Shown here: one piece after another, positions 10,901 through 23,700 of the stretch | Layout of the letters: every line of letters begins with the position of its first letter | Numbering within the stretch: the first letter of the stretch is position 1 | The notes under the pieces: generated by a model | The model's input: only the letters and a program-made list of their open reading frames with translations | What the model was told of the DNA's origin: nothing | The model's database searches: none | Position numbers and translations under genes: made by a program | Origin: Pavona decussata | Taxonomy: Eukaryota | DNA: 64,000 nt | Assembly (NCBI GenBank): GCA_977016875.1 | Contig: CDRNST010000008.1 | Location: forward strand, 1,736,001-1,800,000 | Direction: 5' to 3'

Positions 10901-13900
10901 AGCGCTTTCCCAGGGCAATTACCATTAGCACGCCTCCAAGTAGAGAAGCAAAGTGTACTGTACGCAAAAAGACATTGCTGCATTGTGATCTGAGAGCGTC
11001 AACTAAAGGTCCCTACCGCACAATAGAGCGTAAATGGATTTTAGGTACATTTTCTTTTGCCCGTGCATTAGCTGTGTAACGAAACTTCCTAGAAACTCTT
11101 ACATTACCCCTTTTTGTCAGACCACGATGTCATTTTGTTATGACCCGAGTTTGACGGAAGAACAAAAACGTCGCGCTATGGTCACGTGACATCTTAAAAA
11201 CCTGGTAGCCCGTCAATGCAATGGAGCGTTTTGCGTTATATCGAGTATGGCAAATCGGTGGGTGTTCTACCACTTATACTTTTTGTTTAGACTTTGAAAA
11301 CTTTGAGTTCTCATCTTTCATACAAAGATAATAAATAAACGTTCTAGCTGAACTTTACTATTGATCACAGATGGATCCAAGAGGGTAAAATGTCTGGTGC
11401 ACGACACGATGCTGTTACCTCTTGTCAATTGCTATCCCACTGAATTACATCCTGTACGAGCGCCTCCATTTCTGCGTCTGATCACCTTTGCAATTTTTTT
11501 TTCGATTGGTGTAGAGTGCTGTACGAACAAGGCGCTCTCACCTGGATGTAAAGCAGGCTACAGTGTCAGACGAATCCGTTGAAACATTTTTTACCCCTCC
11601 CACCATTCAATGCTGTTGAAATGAGCCCAGATTGGGCCAATTCAGCGTTAGTAACATTGAAATGTGGGTTGGGGTTTGGTTCAACTCCTTTTGACTGCGA
11701 CTGTACTCGATTTAACGCCGACGCTGCTCTATCTTCCGTGGATCGCCTCCCTGTTGCATTAGCAGTGTGTCGGGAACTTCTTTTAACGTTTTTACTTGCT
11801 AAGATTTAAGTTTTGTTTAGCCAGCGGTTTTGCTCATTAGTCGCATGTCCCTTGCAGGGGATTGTTGACATGTGTTAAAAATGGCGCCATCATGTTTTAG
11901 TGCCTGTGTTTTCCCGTTTTTGCACGAAGTTTATTTCAGCTTCAGAATGGTGTCGATACTAAGAAAGGAACAACAACGTTTTACCTGATTGTGACTACTT
12001 GTAACTAGATGTTTCTAAAAGTTTCTACAGCCTTCATGTTTCTACATCACTACATTGTAGTTCCACGAATGGTCACAAATAAATCAAGTTGAAGCATCAT
12101 TTGTTGCCTTGAATCAATGCCGTTACAAGCAGATATGCACAGCTGCACTCCCAGATATTCTTGCTCCCGCCCCTCCCCTCAGAAAAACGGCTACCCACTT
12201 AAGAATAATAAATTGGAATTGCCAACAGGTAATAGGGAGTTTAAGCAGCTACTTCGGCTACGACTGCTATTATGACTTTCAGAAATATTATTTATAGCTG
12301 TTTGTCCGTTTTCGCGCTTTGTTGATTTTGGTTTTACTATGTGGTTGAATAAGCGAATCATGAAATCAGCTTTCAGAAATGTTTTCCTTTTTTTGCACCT
12401 TAACTGAACGCAAATAGTGGAAGCAAAAATAAACAGAGAGAAAGCCATGGAACAGCAAAACAACAAGGACAAGGGGGATAATTTCCTGCTCCTGCTGAGG
12501 TATTTAGTAGATATTAAGTGAACGACATCATAGCAATAATCCTCCATAGTGCAAAAACAAACGCGCTCTTTTTGTTGTGACCTAAAACACTGCATACTTC
12601 AAATTCTTCCCAAACACAGTGCTAGTCAAATTGCTTGGGACATTTCCCGCTACCCTGCCCTCTCAATGTTGGCTTACAAGTTTGACAAGAATAATTGCCG
12701 AAAACAACATTGAGAGGTGCGAGAAGAGCAGGAGAGGGACATTTACCACTTGGTTGTGAACTGTCCCAAGGGAACCCTACTAGCACTGTAGTCCCGCGAC
12801 TAGCTTCTGCCAAAAAGACGATTTATGGAAAGAGTTGCCATTTTGTTTATGTGCACGCACTAATCATGTGTAAAAGTAGACGCAGTAATAGCGTCATACC
12901 ACTGTGCTATACTGCACACACCTGTCAATACACGTGCGATGTATTATGTTAGCTCATTACTCCCATTGTTTGTATCTCGTACTTTTCGCTATGGGAGAGG
13001 GGAGAGGGAGACCGCAAAAAGAAAGACTGCAAAGGCGATCGTGTCGTGACGTGTCGCAAGGCTCGTACGTTTGGCTCGCATGGCTCGCTGGCTGGCACAT
13101 TGGCCACACTCCATATAGTCCCCAGCCATCGAGTACCACAAAACACAGAGGCAAGTTTAACGCTTTTCATAGAAATGACAGATCATTTGAAACAGTTAGG
13201 ATTTTGACTCTCACCTGGGCTTCCCAACAATAGCCATTGTCAAGCATAGCCTTCAAATGATGGCTACTTACAAATATTTAAGGCATCAGCTGAAACTGTT
13301 CGGCTGCAGCACATTCAATTTCTTGTTAATTTTAGGCACCACCATTGTTAAGTTTCATTTCAAACATTTCCATATTATGTTGCTTTTAATGTTTAGTTAC
13401 GTTACACAAAATAGCTTCTCTGAATCCCTGAATTGAAATAAAATTTTGTAGGCACATAGACTTGGACATTCCGTGAATAATGTATGTACATGCCCTCTTA
13501 CGATAAGCGTGCCACTCAGTTCAATTATCACACTTTGTGCTGACATTTTTAAGTCTTACTGGATGGGAGCACACAAATAATTCATAATGCCATTGAACAG
13601 TGTCGTCATATATACAGACAGTATGGCACATGTTGAAATGACATGACGCAAGTGTGCCAGTCTCTAACGCTTGTTTTGAAAAAAGCCTTGCGTTACCATT
13701 TCGAGGTAAAAGTCACATTGGCTACCCTTGCACAGGCAACCTGACGGCTGAGAAAATATCAGGAAAAAGTCGCGGAAATAATTAAGCACGTTGATCACAT
13801 GTATATTACAGCAATTATTGAATTTCGTTTCCAACCGTTAGGTTTGAGTCATCAGTCTCAGCCTTAGCATTCAGCACATGCCTTGGCATTTGTAATGCTA

Positions 13901-14443
13901 CATGTATTCTTATCCTTTTTTCTTCTTTTACATTTTTTGATAGAAGTTTTGTCATGATTCATTATGATTCCTTAAATGGGATCCTCAGAATTTCAGAGGA
14001 ACAATAACAACACTCGCAATCGTTAGCATGTTATGTCGAAGTCCCCCCCACCCCTCCTTCCTTTTTCATTTACTTTTATGAAACTATTTCAGTGGTATGC
14101 TTATTAACAACGCTTTATTTTCAAGGAACAGAAACAACTAACAGTACACTAGACCTTACAAAAACATTCTCTGGTGCGCTAGATATCAAATATATAAGCA
14201 AAAAGGCTTCAAGGTATTGTTCACGAATGTTTTTTCTCTGGTGCAAACATATCACTCTTTGGATTCTGGAACTCAATGTATGTTGGTGTTCATCGCCCTC
14301 TTTTTAACAGTCTAGCAGCACAACTCATCCAAGATCGACCAAAATATATATTAGAAGCTTATGAAGTGAGGTATTTCATTGCTGGTTACAAAGCAAAATG
14401 AACAATAAATTACATGCAACCAGTTGGCTTGGCTTCGCTTCTT

Positions 14444-16820
14444 TTAACCTGGGCCTTTATGTCTACTTTCCCTTAAAGAAGCATGCAACTTCAGTTTTGA
14501 AAACGGTCTCCTGAGTAAAGAGATAGTAGCTTTTTCTTCAATATTAGGAAATTCGTGAATGAGGTCAATGGCTTTAGGTCTCTTGTCACTGTCATATTGA
14601 AAACAGTCCTTCAGAACTTTTTTCAAGTGAAGCTCCAACCATGGCCGATGGACTGCAGTGCATTAGGAGCCGCTTTACTTCTCATGAAACTTATCATTTC
14701 GTTGGCCGCGCCCAGATAATCATTCTCCTCTCCAGGTTGTAAAGCTTTCTGTGCTAATTGGTCTTCCCAGCAGTCCTTCTCAGTGAAGAGCTAGAACAAT
14801 GTGCAGCCAAGTGACCAGACATCTGACTCTAGGGTGGCTTTTTTCTTCTCGACCAAACATTCTGGTGCCATGTATGATGGTGTTCCAGGTACCAACGTAA
14901 TGCAAGTTTGGCTAAGGGATTATTGAGACTTTAATCTGTTCAGCCGCATGTCGCAAAGTTTCGTTATTTGCGTCTTTCTTGCTACTAAGACATTTGCTGG
15001 TTTGATGTCTCTGTGGACAATATCTGGCCTTAAGTTATGCAAGTAAGCTACAGCACGGCAAAGCTGTTTTCCGACGTTTATTTTATCACAGTTCTGAATG
15101 GTGAGGGCTTCCTTGTCATGCCCATCCACAAATATTAATTCATCTAAGTTGATACCCTCGATAAGCTCAGACACAAAAAGAATAGAGCTTTTCAAGAAGG
15201 AAACCACCATGATCTGTGCTATGTTTGGGTGCAGAACCATACTATGCACTTTTACTTCAGTTTCAAGGACTGACTGTATGCGCTTGGCATTTCTAATCTT
15301 GATGTGCTTTATGGCTACCTCAGTACCAGCCCAGTGTCCCTTGTAAACAACACCGAAGGAGCCTCTTCTTATCTCGTCCTTTATAGAAAATGAGATCGTC
15401 TCTTAATGAACCATGGGCAGGAGGGAAACAACTTTTGGCGGGTTGGAATTAGATGTACATGGACTGCTTTCTTCTGTACTTTTCTTTGTGGCTGGCTCAG
15501 AGACACCCCTCTCAAGAGTTTGACTGAATACGCCTTCAGATACATCTCTGTTCTATACTGTACCTCGATACAATACAAACCAGTATCATTCACAGGTATG
15601 AAACAACACTTATGTCCTTCCTTGAACTGAGACCCATTTCGGTACCACAGATAAAAACCACCACCAGCCATAAGACAGGATGCTACAACTCCAATAATAA
15701 GCTTGTTGCCATCATACTCCCATACCTGGGAGGGTTGGTGAACAATCAGGCGTTTCAACGTCTCTGCTTCAGACTGAGGAGCTGATTTGTTCAAGGCTAA
15801 AGCAAGCCAACTGTTTATTCCCAAAGGTGTGTCCAAATACGGTAGTTTATCTGAAATGAAACTTCGGCTGGCAAACATCGCCCAAGAAAGTGTGTCAGCT
15901 TTCAAGGACACCATGGGCCAGGAAAGCACATTTCAGGAGTATTTAAAGTCTCATGGATTGTTTGCAAGTAGGTTCTACATCTATCTAATGTCAACATTAT
16001 CGGATGATGAAAAAAGTTTTTCTCCTGCAAAAGAAGATCCTACCCTAACAGCCACTGCGACGTATTTGTTAGAAGAAAAGAAAAACGTATTCACAGAATC
16101 TAGCAAAACAGAACTGGCAGGAAAGTTTCAGTCTCTCCAGATGACAAGCATGCCATCTGGAAAATTGCCGTTGTTTGGTGTAGCCTTGAAACAAGAAGCA
16201 GAAACTATTTGCACGACAAAAGCTGTTGATGATCATCGCTTGCTGATGAGTTATGAAACGATTACGGAATCTTCCCACTCAGAAGTGATCATGAGAACAC
16301 TGTCTTTCTCAAGGCAGAATTGCTATGAAATAACCAGTTTGTCAATGCCCCGTTTCCAAGATATGAACATTGACGAGTTTGACCCTTTAGGATTATGGAT
16401 TCACTGTTTTCGATATTTCTACAGGTGAAGATTGTTTTGTTACGAAGCACTATGAATCATCAGCTCAGCACTGTGATGACGGTCAACCCAGTGAAGAATT
16501 CAAGTACCTTTTCCTTTCGCATTGCTGTAGAACTCTTTGTAGGTTGAACAATGTTAAAAGGTCTAGTGCCCCAGACCATGGAGAAGACGTTGGAGCAACA
16601 TTTGTAACATGAAGACTTCGCTCCTTTGAAGGGGATTTGTTTATTTAAAGAATGACTCTCTGCTAAAGGTATCTTCCTTTCGTTTTCTTAAGACTTTGTG
16701 CTTGAATTTCATGAAAATAGGTAGTGTTTTCAGTGTTCTCACCAGGCTGCACCATTGCAGGATTCCCACAGTTTCAAAACAAATGACGCAGTAAGATGAT
16801 ATAAAAGGGCCATCAGGGCG
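14444..16820 (-). pseudogene. Protein kinase pseudogene (TKL/Ser-Thr-like) preceded by an Ig-like segment and an unknown N-terminal domain
   Basis: RGSFGVVYKG, VAIK, HPNI, HRDIKPAN, KLCDM, GTPSYMAPE, SDVWSLG, CFQYDSDKRP. Upstream YLWYRNG...DTGLYCIEV is Ig-like. Contains stops and frameshifts; the kinase domain has no introns. Confidence 0.88.
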
Positions 16821-17129
16821 CAAAGAAGAAAAACAAAAGCTAAAAAAAATTGTTAACTAATGCAAAAAGAAAATATCATGTCTAAAAATAACAGGCATTT
16901 TTATTGCCTGGGCGTGTGGACACATAAGCCAATGAGCCGAGTTGTTGCATTTGAGAAAACACGTGCTTGAATTGTCCGCCATATTTGTTCATGAATATTT
17001 CATTTGTGCGCTTATTTATGGAAAACAGAAAAAAAAAGAAGGAAGTTTGGATTTGTTTTTGTTTAGTAACGCAAAGCAACCAAAATTGCAGTTATATAAA
17101 GAACCTGATAAAGTCAAAGAAACAGGAAC

Positions 17130-17310
17130 ACCAGTAGAAGCAGAGAAACTGACGCAACGAAGGTTTCAGCAATCGTCAAAAACAAAAGACGTATGGCTGA
17201 AGTATGATGAGGCTAAAGATGCAATGTACTGCACTTTGTGCCAAGATAATGGGAAGACAAATTCATGCACGGCTGAAATTCAAATTTCCGAACGAGTATG
17301 CTTGAAAGGC
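17130..17310 (+). mobile_element. hAT transposase N-terminal zinc-finger fragment (ZNF862-like)
   Basis: RRFQ.S....WLKYD...MYCTLCQ...N....NFRTS. Confidence 0.65.
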
Positions 17311-18042
17311 ATGTTCTTCATTTTTGGAGCTTGGACACTCCCACAGCAAAATTTAACAGCTTAAATTGTTTTGTATTCACTTTATTCAAATACTGACATT
17401 CTACAGCAATGGCAATGTATATAAACTAAATTATTAGTAAAATTAATTTCAGTTACAATGAGACTGTGGTCAAAGATAACGTCGTTAAGCTGTCTACCAT
17501 CTATGTATATTTCGATTCCATAATGACCCAGTCTCTCTCTCAAATGACCCACGTTTTTTGTCTTAATGGGCCCTTGGACCCCAAGATGCAAAATCCTGGT
17601 GACAACACTGGTTCTTGTCGCTATCATTTCAGTTGGCGACAAGCGCAACAGCAACACCTTAAGCCAGGGTTTTATTTTTTAAAATCACATAAACTTCTCA
17701 TACATAAGTACAAAATATCAAGGGACAGAAAGCAAATTTTTCATAATGCTTCATTATGTGACACATTATCATGACGCATTATGAAAATGGTCATGTTTCA
17801 ACCTTTTCGGCCCCGTGGAAATAAAATGTTTTGGTTTCAAAGTTTTCCTCAACAGTCATTTTTATTGTTTTCCATTCTTTAAATTCTCATGCGTTTCAAG
17901 TTTTTAATTTTGTTGTCGATAGTCTGAATGTATGTAGTGGTACAGCCGCGTTTGTGTGCACGGAGAGACTATACGTATAATGCACTTAATTCCGAAACTA
18001 TAAATAAGTTAATGACACTGTCTGCACGGTTGCTTTATATCA

Positions 18043-18175
18043 AAAACTTGTCTCACTCAAAAGCACGAAACAGCCCCAGTTTTTGCCAACGCATTACCGT
18101 GTATTTCACTGAAAACTTGTCTCACTCAAAAGCTCGAAGCGGTTCTAGTTTTGGTCATTGGATTGCCATGTATTC
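18043..18175. repeat. Two-copy tandem repeat, ~70-bp unit
   Basis: AAAACTTGTCTCACTCAAAAGC occurs twice about 70 bp apart, with similar downstream sequence. Confidence 0.7.
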
Positions 18176-18616
18176 CATTTCAAGTTACTTTGCATGTGTA
18201 CAATATTCTTAACTTAACTAAGGTCTCCTTTCCAAAATATTCCCACAACAGAAATAAACAGACGGGAAAAACGTATTGAACTCAGCTTACCTCCTTATCC
18301 ATTTTGAATGTTGGCGATGAAACTTACAACTGACAAGTTGGAAATCTGAAGTCAGAAGTCCGAATTTGAACTCTGAACTTTGAAGTCTCAAGTCCCTTCT
18401 TGGCCACGGTAGATTTGCCACTTTCCTCCTGGAAAATGTATCATGTGAGGGCCGGTTGTGTAGCATCAAGACATATCGTTCTTCCTTGACCCACCTAAAT
18501 GAAGATAAGATCAGACTTCCTTAGCATGATGAGGATGGCGACATGGTGACTGTTTGTCTAGCGGAAGTTTTTGTTATCGGAAATGCTTCAGGCTTTGCAT
18601 AATTGAAATACTGCAA

Positions 18617-19660
18617 CTGACTTACTTCGACTTAGTTCCTTATCTCCTCTGGGAGAATAGGGCCGTTGACTTGTTTTCTCCATCCCACCCTGTCTCTCGC
18701 AGCGATGATAGCCTCTCCCCAAGTGTCAAAACCCATCTTCTGCCTCTCTCCTTCCACAGTCCTTCTCCAGGTCTCTTTCGGCCGCCTTCTTTTCCTCTTC
18801 CCCTCCGGTGTCCAAGTTAGGGCAATGCGCAGGTTCTGATCGCTGCTCATGCGCAGGACATGCCCTATCCACCACCACCTCCGTCTCCTAATTTGCTCAC
18901 TGATGGAGCAGGTTTTTGCTCGCCGTCTAACCTCTTCATTTGTCACATTCATTGGCCAATAGATCTTAAGTAGTCTACGTAAGCACTTGTGTAGGAATGT
19001 GTCCAGCTTTCTTTCGTGTAACTTGAGCTGTTTTGCCAATGCTATACATTGTCCGTACATTCCAACATCCAATTCTATACATAATTTTAGGACTAGCCAA
19101 TGACACTCTCAGTCCACATGCTTCCTCGCAGGTTTGGCCTGCGTCAGTCATTCTGCCATCATCCCATGTAATATAGTTATCCACCGGAGTTTGGCAAGTC
19201 GTTGTGCTTGATCCAGTGTAGGTTTTCGTCAACAAATCTCTGGTTTCCGTAATCAGGTATTTTTTACGGTGTAGGGTGATTGGCACTACGACCAACTCCA
19301 ATGGAGAAGGTTGGTGTTTTATCGGGATTTTCCTTCCCCTAGGTAGCTGCCTTGCTGGGCTAACGGGTACTACCCCCCGAGTTTGATTTTGGAGTTTTCT
19401 TTCTCCTAGATGGGCTGCTTTTCTCAGCTAAAGAGCCCCAACTGCCCTCTACTATCACCATCCCACTTAATAGGCTGGTTACCCTGATGTAGTTTAGCCG
19501 GTGGGTCGACACCCTTGCCCGGGGTGTGGCTGCTGCAGTGTCTGCAGCTTCTGGGAGCCATACGTCAGAGCTGGGTGTTGTGTGTGGACCAGTGCAGCTC
19601 AGCCACCCTGGGAAGGGTGCGACCGCCTCCCTACAAAGGTACTACCACAAGCAAGCACCC
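18617..19660 (-). mobile_element. Bipartite (internally deleted) RTE-clade non-LTR retrotransposon
   Basis: Structured 5' UTR and endonuclease start (RIGCWNVRTMY..GKTAQV) are fused at ~19015 to the ORF C-terminus (KLDTFLHKCLRRLLKIYWP...WIGHVLRM...WTPEGKRKR.RPKETWRRT), followed by a short AAGT-repeat tail. Confidence 0.85.
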
Positions 19661-20033
19661 CATACACCCCAAAAATACTGCGACTACAAGAAAATATTCA
19701 TTTAAGCAACCAAAATTGACTCTCCATGCCTGGGAAAGATGAGACGGCTACACTTTGAACCCAGAAATCCAAGTACTAGCAACGATGTTAGTCGTTTAGA
19801 GCCAAAACAGCTGTTTTTCAATTCAACAACTTTATCATCAACAAGTTTCTTCTACCTGTACCTCAGCACTAAATGACCATGAAGAATGTAGTCCTTTGAA
19901 TTCAAAACAACAGGAGATGACAGAAAATCTTACAGTTTTGCGAATCCAAATAGCTACTGCAAAGGAAGAACTGGGGAAACTTTATCAACAAGAGAAAGAG
20001 TACATGACACTTGCTACTCTGGGGTCGAATGTG

Positions 20034-20265
20034 TAACAATTGCCATGCAACTGGCCATACGAAAAAAACACACAGCAATCCTCCTTGTTCAAATATTGAT
20101 TCATATAAAATAAAAGATAAACATCCTGAGCAAAAAATAAAGGTCAATGAATAACAATTGCCATGCAACTGGTCATACGAAAACAGCACACGGCAATCCT
20201 CCTTGTTCAAATATTGATTCATGTCAAATAAAAGCTAAACATCCTGACCACAAAATAAAGGTCAA
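20034..20265. repeat. Two-copy tandem duplication, 118-bp unit
   Basis: TAACAATTGCCATGCAACTGG...AAAGGTCAA starts at 20034 and again at 20152. Confidence 0.9.
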
Positions 20266-20480
20266 CCCTTACCAAAGAAAAAGTATGGGAATGCTATGGC
20301 AAAGGTTGAGCCATATCTGACCGATGTGTAGAAATGGTATGGGAAAATTGGATGATGATATGGAACTGATGTGGGCCCACATTTTGCCAAATTTCAAGCT
20401 ACGGAAAATGTACGGGAAGAAAAGCCTATGCTTACCATTGTATGGGAGAACTATGGGAAGAAGATACCCATAGCTGCTCC
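20266..20480. mobile_element. Probable DNA transposon terminus (EnSpm/CMC-like) with TATGGGA subterminal repeats
   Basis: Starts CCCTTACC and carries multiple TATGGGA-like motifs directly upstream of the BEN gene. The partner end was not found. Confidence 0.4.
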
Positions 20481-20789
20481 ATAGAAATGAGACATCTCCT
20501 TGGTCGGTCTCATCTGCGATCACCTATGGATATGTGATCCGCTGTTCCGCTCACAACATGTGACGCGTTTGTTTTGACGCGCGCCAGAAGGATCACGTGC
20601 CCTTTGTTAACCAATAACGTGAATGCATCGAACAAAGCGCGTCGTTTTGATATCGATCTCTTATCTTCGCAGATTCCAGCATGCAGTTCCTCGATTTCTA
20701 TAACCGATTTCTTCTGTATTTTTGTTTTTAAAAGTCGGACATTTTACTATCAGATTCTCGTCTAAGGTAAGAGTGAAATACACCAAACA

Positions 20790-23700
20790 ATGGCTGCTGA
20801 ACGAAACTCAAGGAAGAGAAACATCCCAGCATGTCTGAGGGAAGGTACGTAAGCGTGGCATTTGCATTGTTGTTGTTTAAGTGGTATTCTGCTGAGCAAA
20901 ACATTGGTGATTATTTTCAGTAATCAGCAAGTTGGAGATCACAGTATTCACTAAATTTATAAAGCCATCCAGCTAGAGCTGCTTCAATCGATATCTAAAA
21001 AGCTGTTTGCGGGGTTATTTGACTTCACGCGCAAATTTTAATTCAGCTCAAAGGAAAGGTGCGATATTTATCTACTTGTCACAGATATAAAGTCTTGTAA
21101 CTTCTTATCTGAAAAGCCGAACTTTAAAACTTGAACACCAGTGAAAACCTAGAAATAAATGAGCCAGGGCCAGTTTTTGTTGGTGGGAGCAATTTCAGAA
21201 CACCACACCTGGCTGATTGTCCTTTTCACTGCCATCAATAAACAAAATGGACCAAAACTCACAGATGTGACCTTTTGATCCCATTAAAATGAACTTCATC
21301 TTATTTCCTTCGAGGCCCACTTGGATAACTGACAGCAGCAAAAATCACAATTGTTGATTGAAAATAGTTTGCACGTCATTGAAAGGTGCAGCAATACAAA
21401 GAGACCACAATGCTTTTTATGTAACCATGTGAGCAACTAAACTCAAACTGTATGTTCAAGTTTACTTCAAGTTTACTTGTGGGTGGATCCACCCGTTACC
21501 CCTAGGACTTGAACGTTAAATGTTAAACGTTTCTTCCAGGGAGCCATTATTTTGGAGGGACCAGGAGGGAGCGCTAGTTTCAAAATTCTATGGTAGATCC
21601 ATGTGGCAAACAGCGATTTTATCACCTTATATGGTATTTTGCTTTATTAGAAATTTATTACCTCTTAAAAACATCTTTACAGCTGATAGAAATGAGAGGA
21701 CGAAAGAACGAGTACCACTGGAAAAGGCAAGGAAAATACATGTAGTGCAAAGGAAGTAGAGAACTCTAAAGACCCCAGTACCAAGCAGAAAAGAAGGCAC
21801 TCTGGAGATGTGACAGACGGCCAGAAAAAAAAGAAAAGACACAGAAGCAAACAGAGGGTGATAAAGAGAAAGAGAAAAAGGCTAAAGAAAGAGAAGAGAA
21901 AAGAAAGAAGAAGGATGAAGAGGAAGCGAGGCAGAAACTGATACTGGAAGCTAGAAAAGCCCAGGCAGTATCCCGATGGGCTACCAACAACCAAACCGAG
22001 TCTGAGGTCGCCATCTTCACACCTGAACCAGTTCGACGGCAATCCTCAATGCAACTGACTCCATCTGCGCTGCTGACCTTGCATGCTACTGACAGAAGCC
22101 AAAACACGATATCACAAACAAGCAATACCTTGAACCAAACCGGTCCACCGTCACGTTGCCAATCCTCAAAACAGCTGACCACACCAGCCCACCCAACCGT
22201 GCCTACCTCTGACAAAGACCAGAATGCCAACATCAGACAGCGTGTACCACAAACTACAGCTAAAACTCCGCTACAACCCAGTAAGTCAAACAGAACCTCT
22301 CAGCCAAAAATGGCCTGCATTTTCAAAGTGCTGTTGGAGATAGTAGCGATGATAAAATCTGTGTGGAAGGTGAAGACATCCCTGAGCAAAGTGACATCTC
22401 TGATGGTTCTAATTGCTGTTATGAGCCAAGGCTGGAGATCGAGGCCTTATGAAAACGGTTAGACAAAGTCCACTAGAGGCTAAACTTAGCACGTAAATTC
22501 TTATCTATAGCAGATTTTACACCTGTGTACTGTGGAATGTAATACAGTTGAGCCTCCCACAAACGGACACCCTTGCAGCCAGAAAAAGTGTCCGCTTATA
22601 GCAGCTTAAAAATCTAGTGTTTGTATGTAGCTGAAAACATGACCAAATGTCTGCTTACGAAAGGTGTCCGTCTTAGGGAAGTGTCAATTAGCGGAGGTTC
22701 GACTGTACATTGCTGTATATATCTTTTTTTTGCATTGAGGTTCCAATGTAGAACATGACCAATTATTCCTCTCAACGTAACAGTCTATTCTTTGTGCGGG
22801 CCATGTTACCAAATGCATGTATTGCAGCCCACAACTAAATTAGTGAATGGCCAAGCTCACATACACACAGAGATAGGCTCCTCACCATAAAACTAGATCA
22901 AAGAATGAAAGTCAACATATTCCAACTTTTACCCTCAACTTTCGAACAATTATCTCACTCAGTTGGCATCTGCCTACATGTAAATTAGTTTGTCCATAAA
23001 CCCTTGTTACCAAATTGTCCTTAACCTTTGACTTAAAGTTTAGTCTATTCAATATTTAAGAATTGGAGAAAGTTTACTTGTTGAGTGAATGTGTGTTGCA
23101 GGACAATCCAGATTGGCATAAAGACTGTAAAAGTAGTTTATAAAGCCAAAGGCACTGCTTGCTCAGTTTGTTTTTGTATCTGTTTACAGTGAAAGCAAAG
23201 ACATCAGAGGAAGTGGTAGAAAACAGACCTGGGGCTGGTATTCTGGACAAAACATTGTCTGCAGAATGCAAGGTAAATGTTCTGCTGAAAATATTTGAAG
23301 TCTTTATTAACTTTCAACTTGTGAATGTGCACATCAGTGGATGAATTATAGTAATGTATGGTAAATGTCACTTGCGTGATTGCTCGTAAACTATATTCAC
23401 CGTCAGCCGCCATTGTGGGACGAAAACAAGGACTTAAAGTCATCGCATCAAATAACTTATTCTTTAAAAAAAGCAACTAGAAGGTGTGTTTAGCGAAACT
23501 AAGGGGCAACTTACCAGGTCGGAAATTTACCAAAAGTTTGACTTTGATAAGCGGAACTGCTCCTTTTAGGAAATATCAAACGCAAACATGAAAACCTAAA
23601 AATCAGAGGAAATGATGTGAGTGAAAGAATAGGAAATTCCACAGTGCAATAAATCTCCCTTCGGTGTCAAACGTAATCAATAACATCAGGGGGTAAACAC

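Noticed and set aside
11440-11560. Imperfect hairpin also similar to 8158-8185, considered as TIRs of the MULE-like element
   Set aside because: The motif occurs in both orientations within 120 bp and no TSD was seen; probably a small unrelated MITE.
12232-12600. Harbinger-type MITE starting AGGGAGTTTAAGC
   Set aside because: Only one end is recognisable, so boundaries cannot be supported.
15787-16428. Independent 213-aa gene on the + strand
   Set aside because: It lacks a true ATG start and is better explained as an inverted piece of the minus-strand kinase gene.
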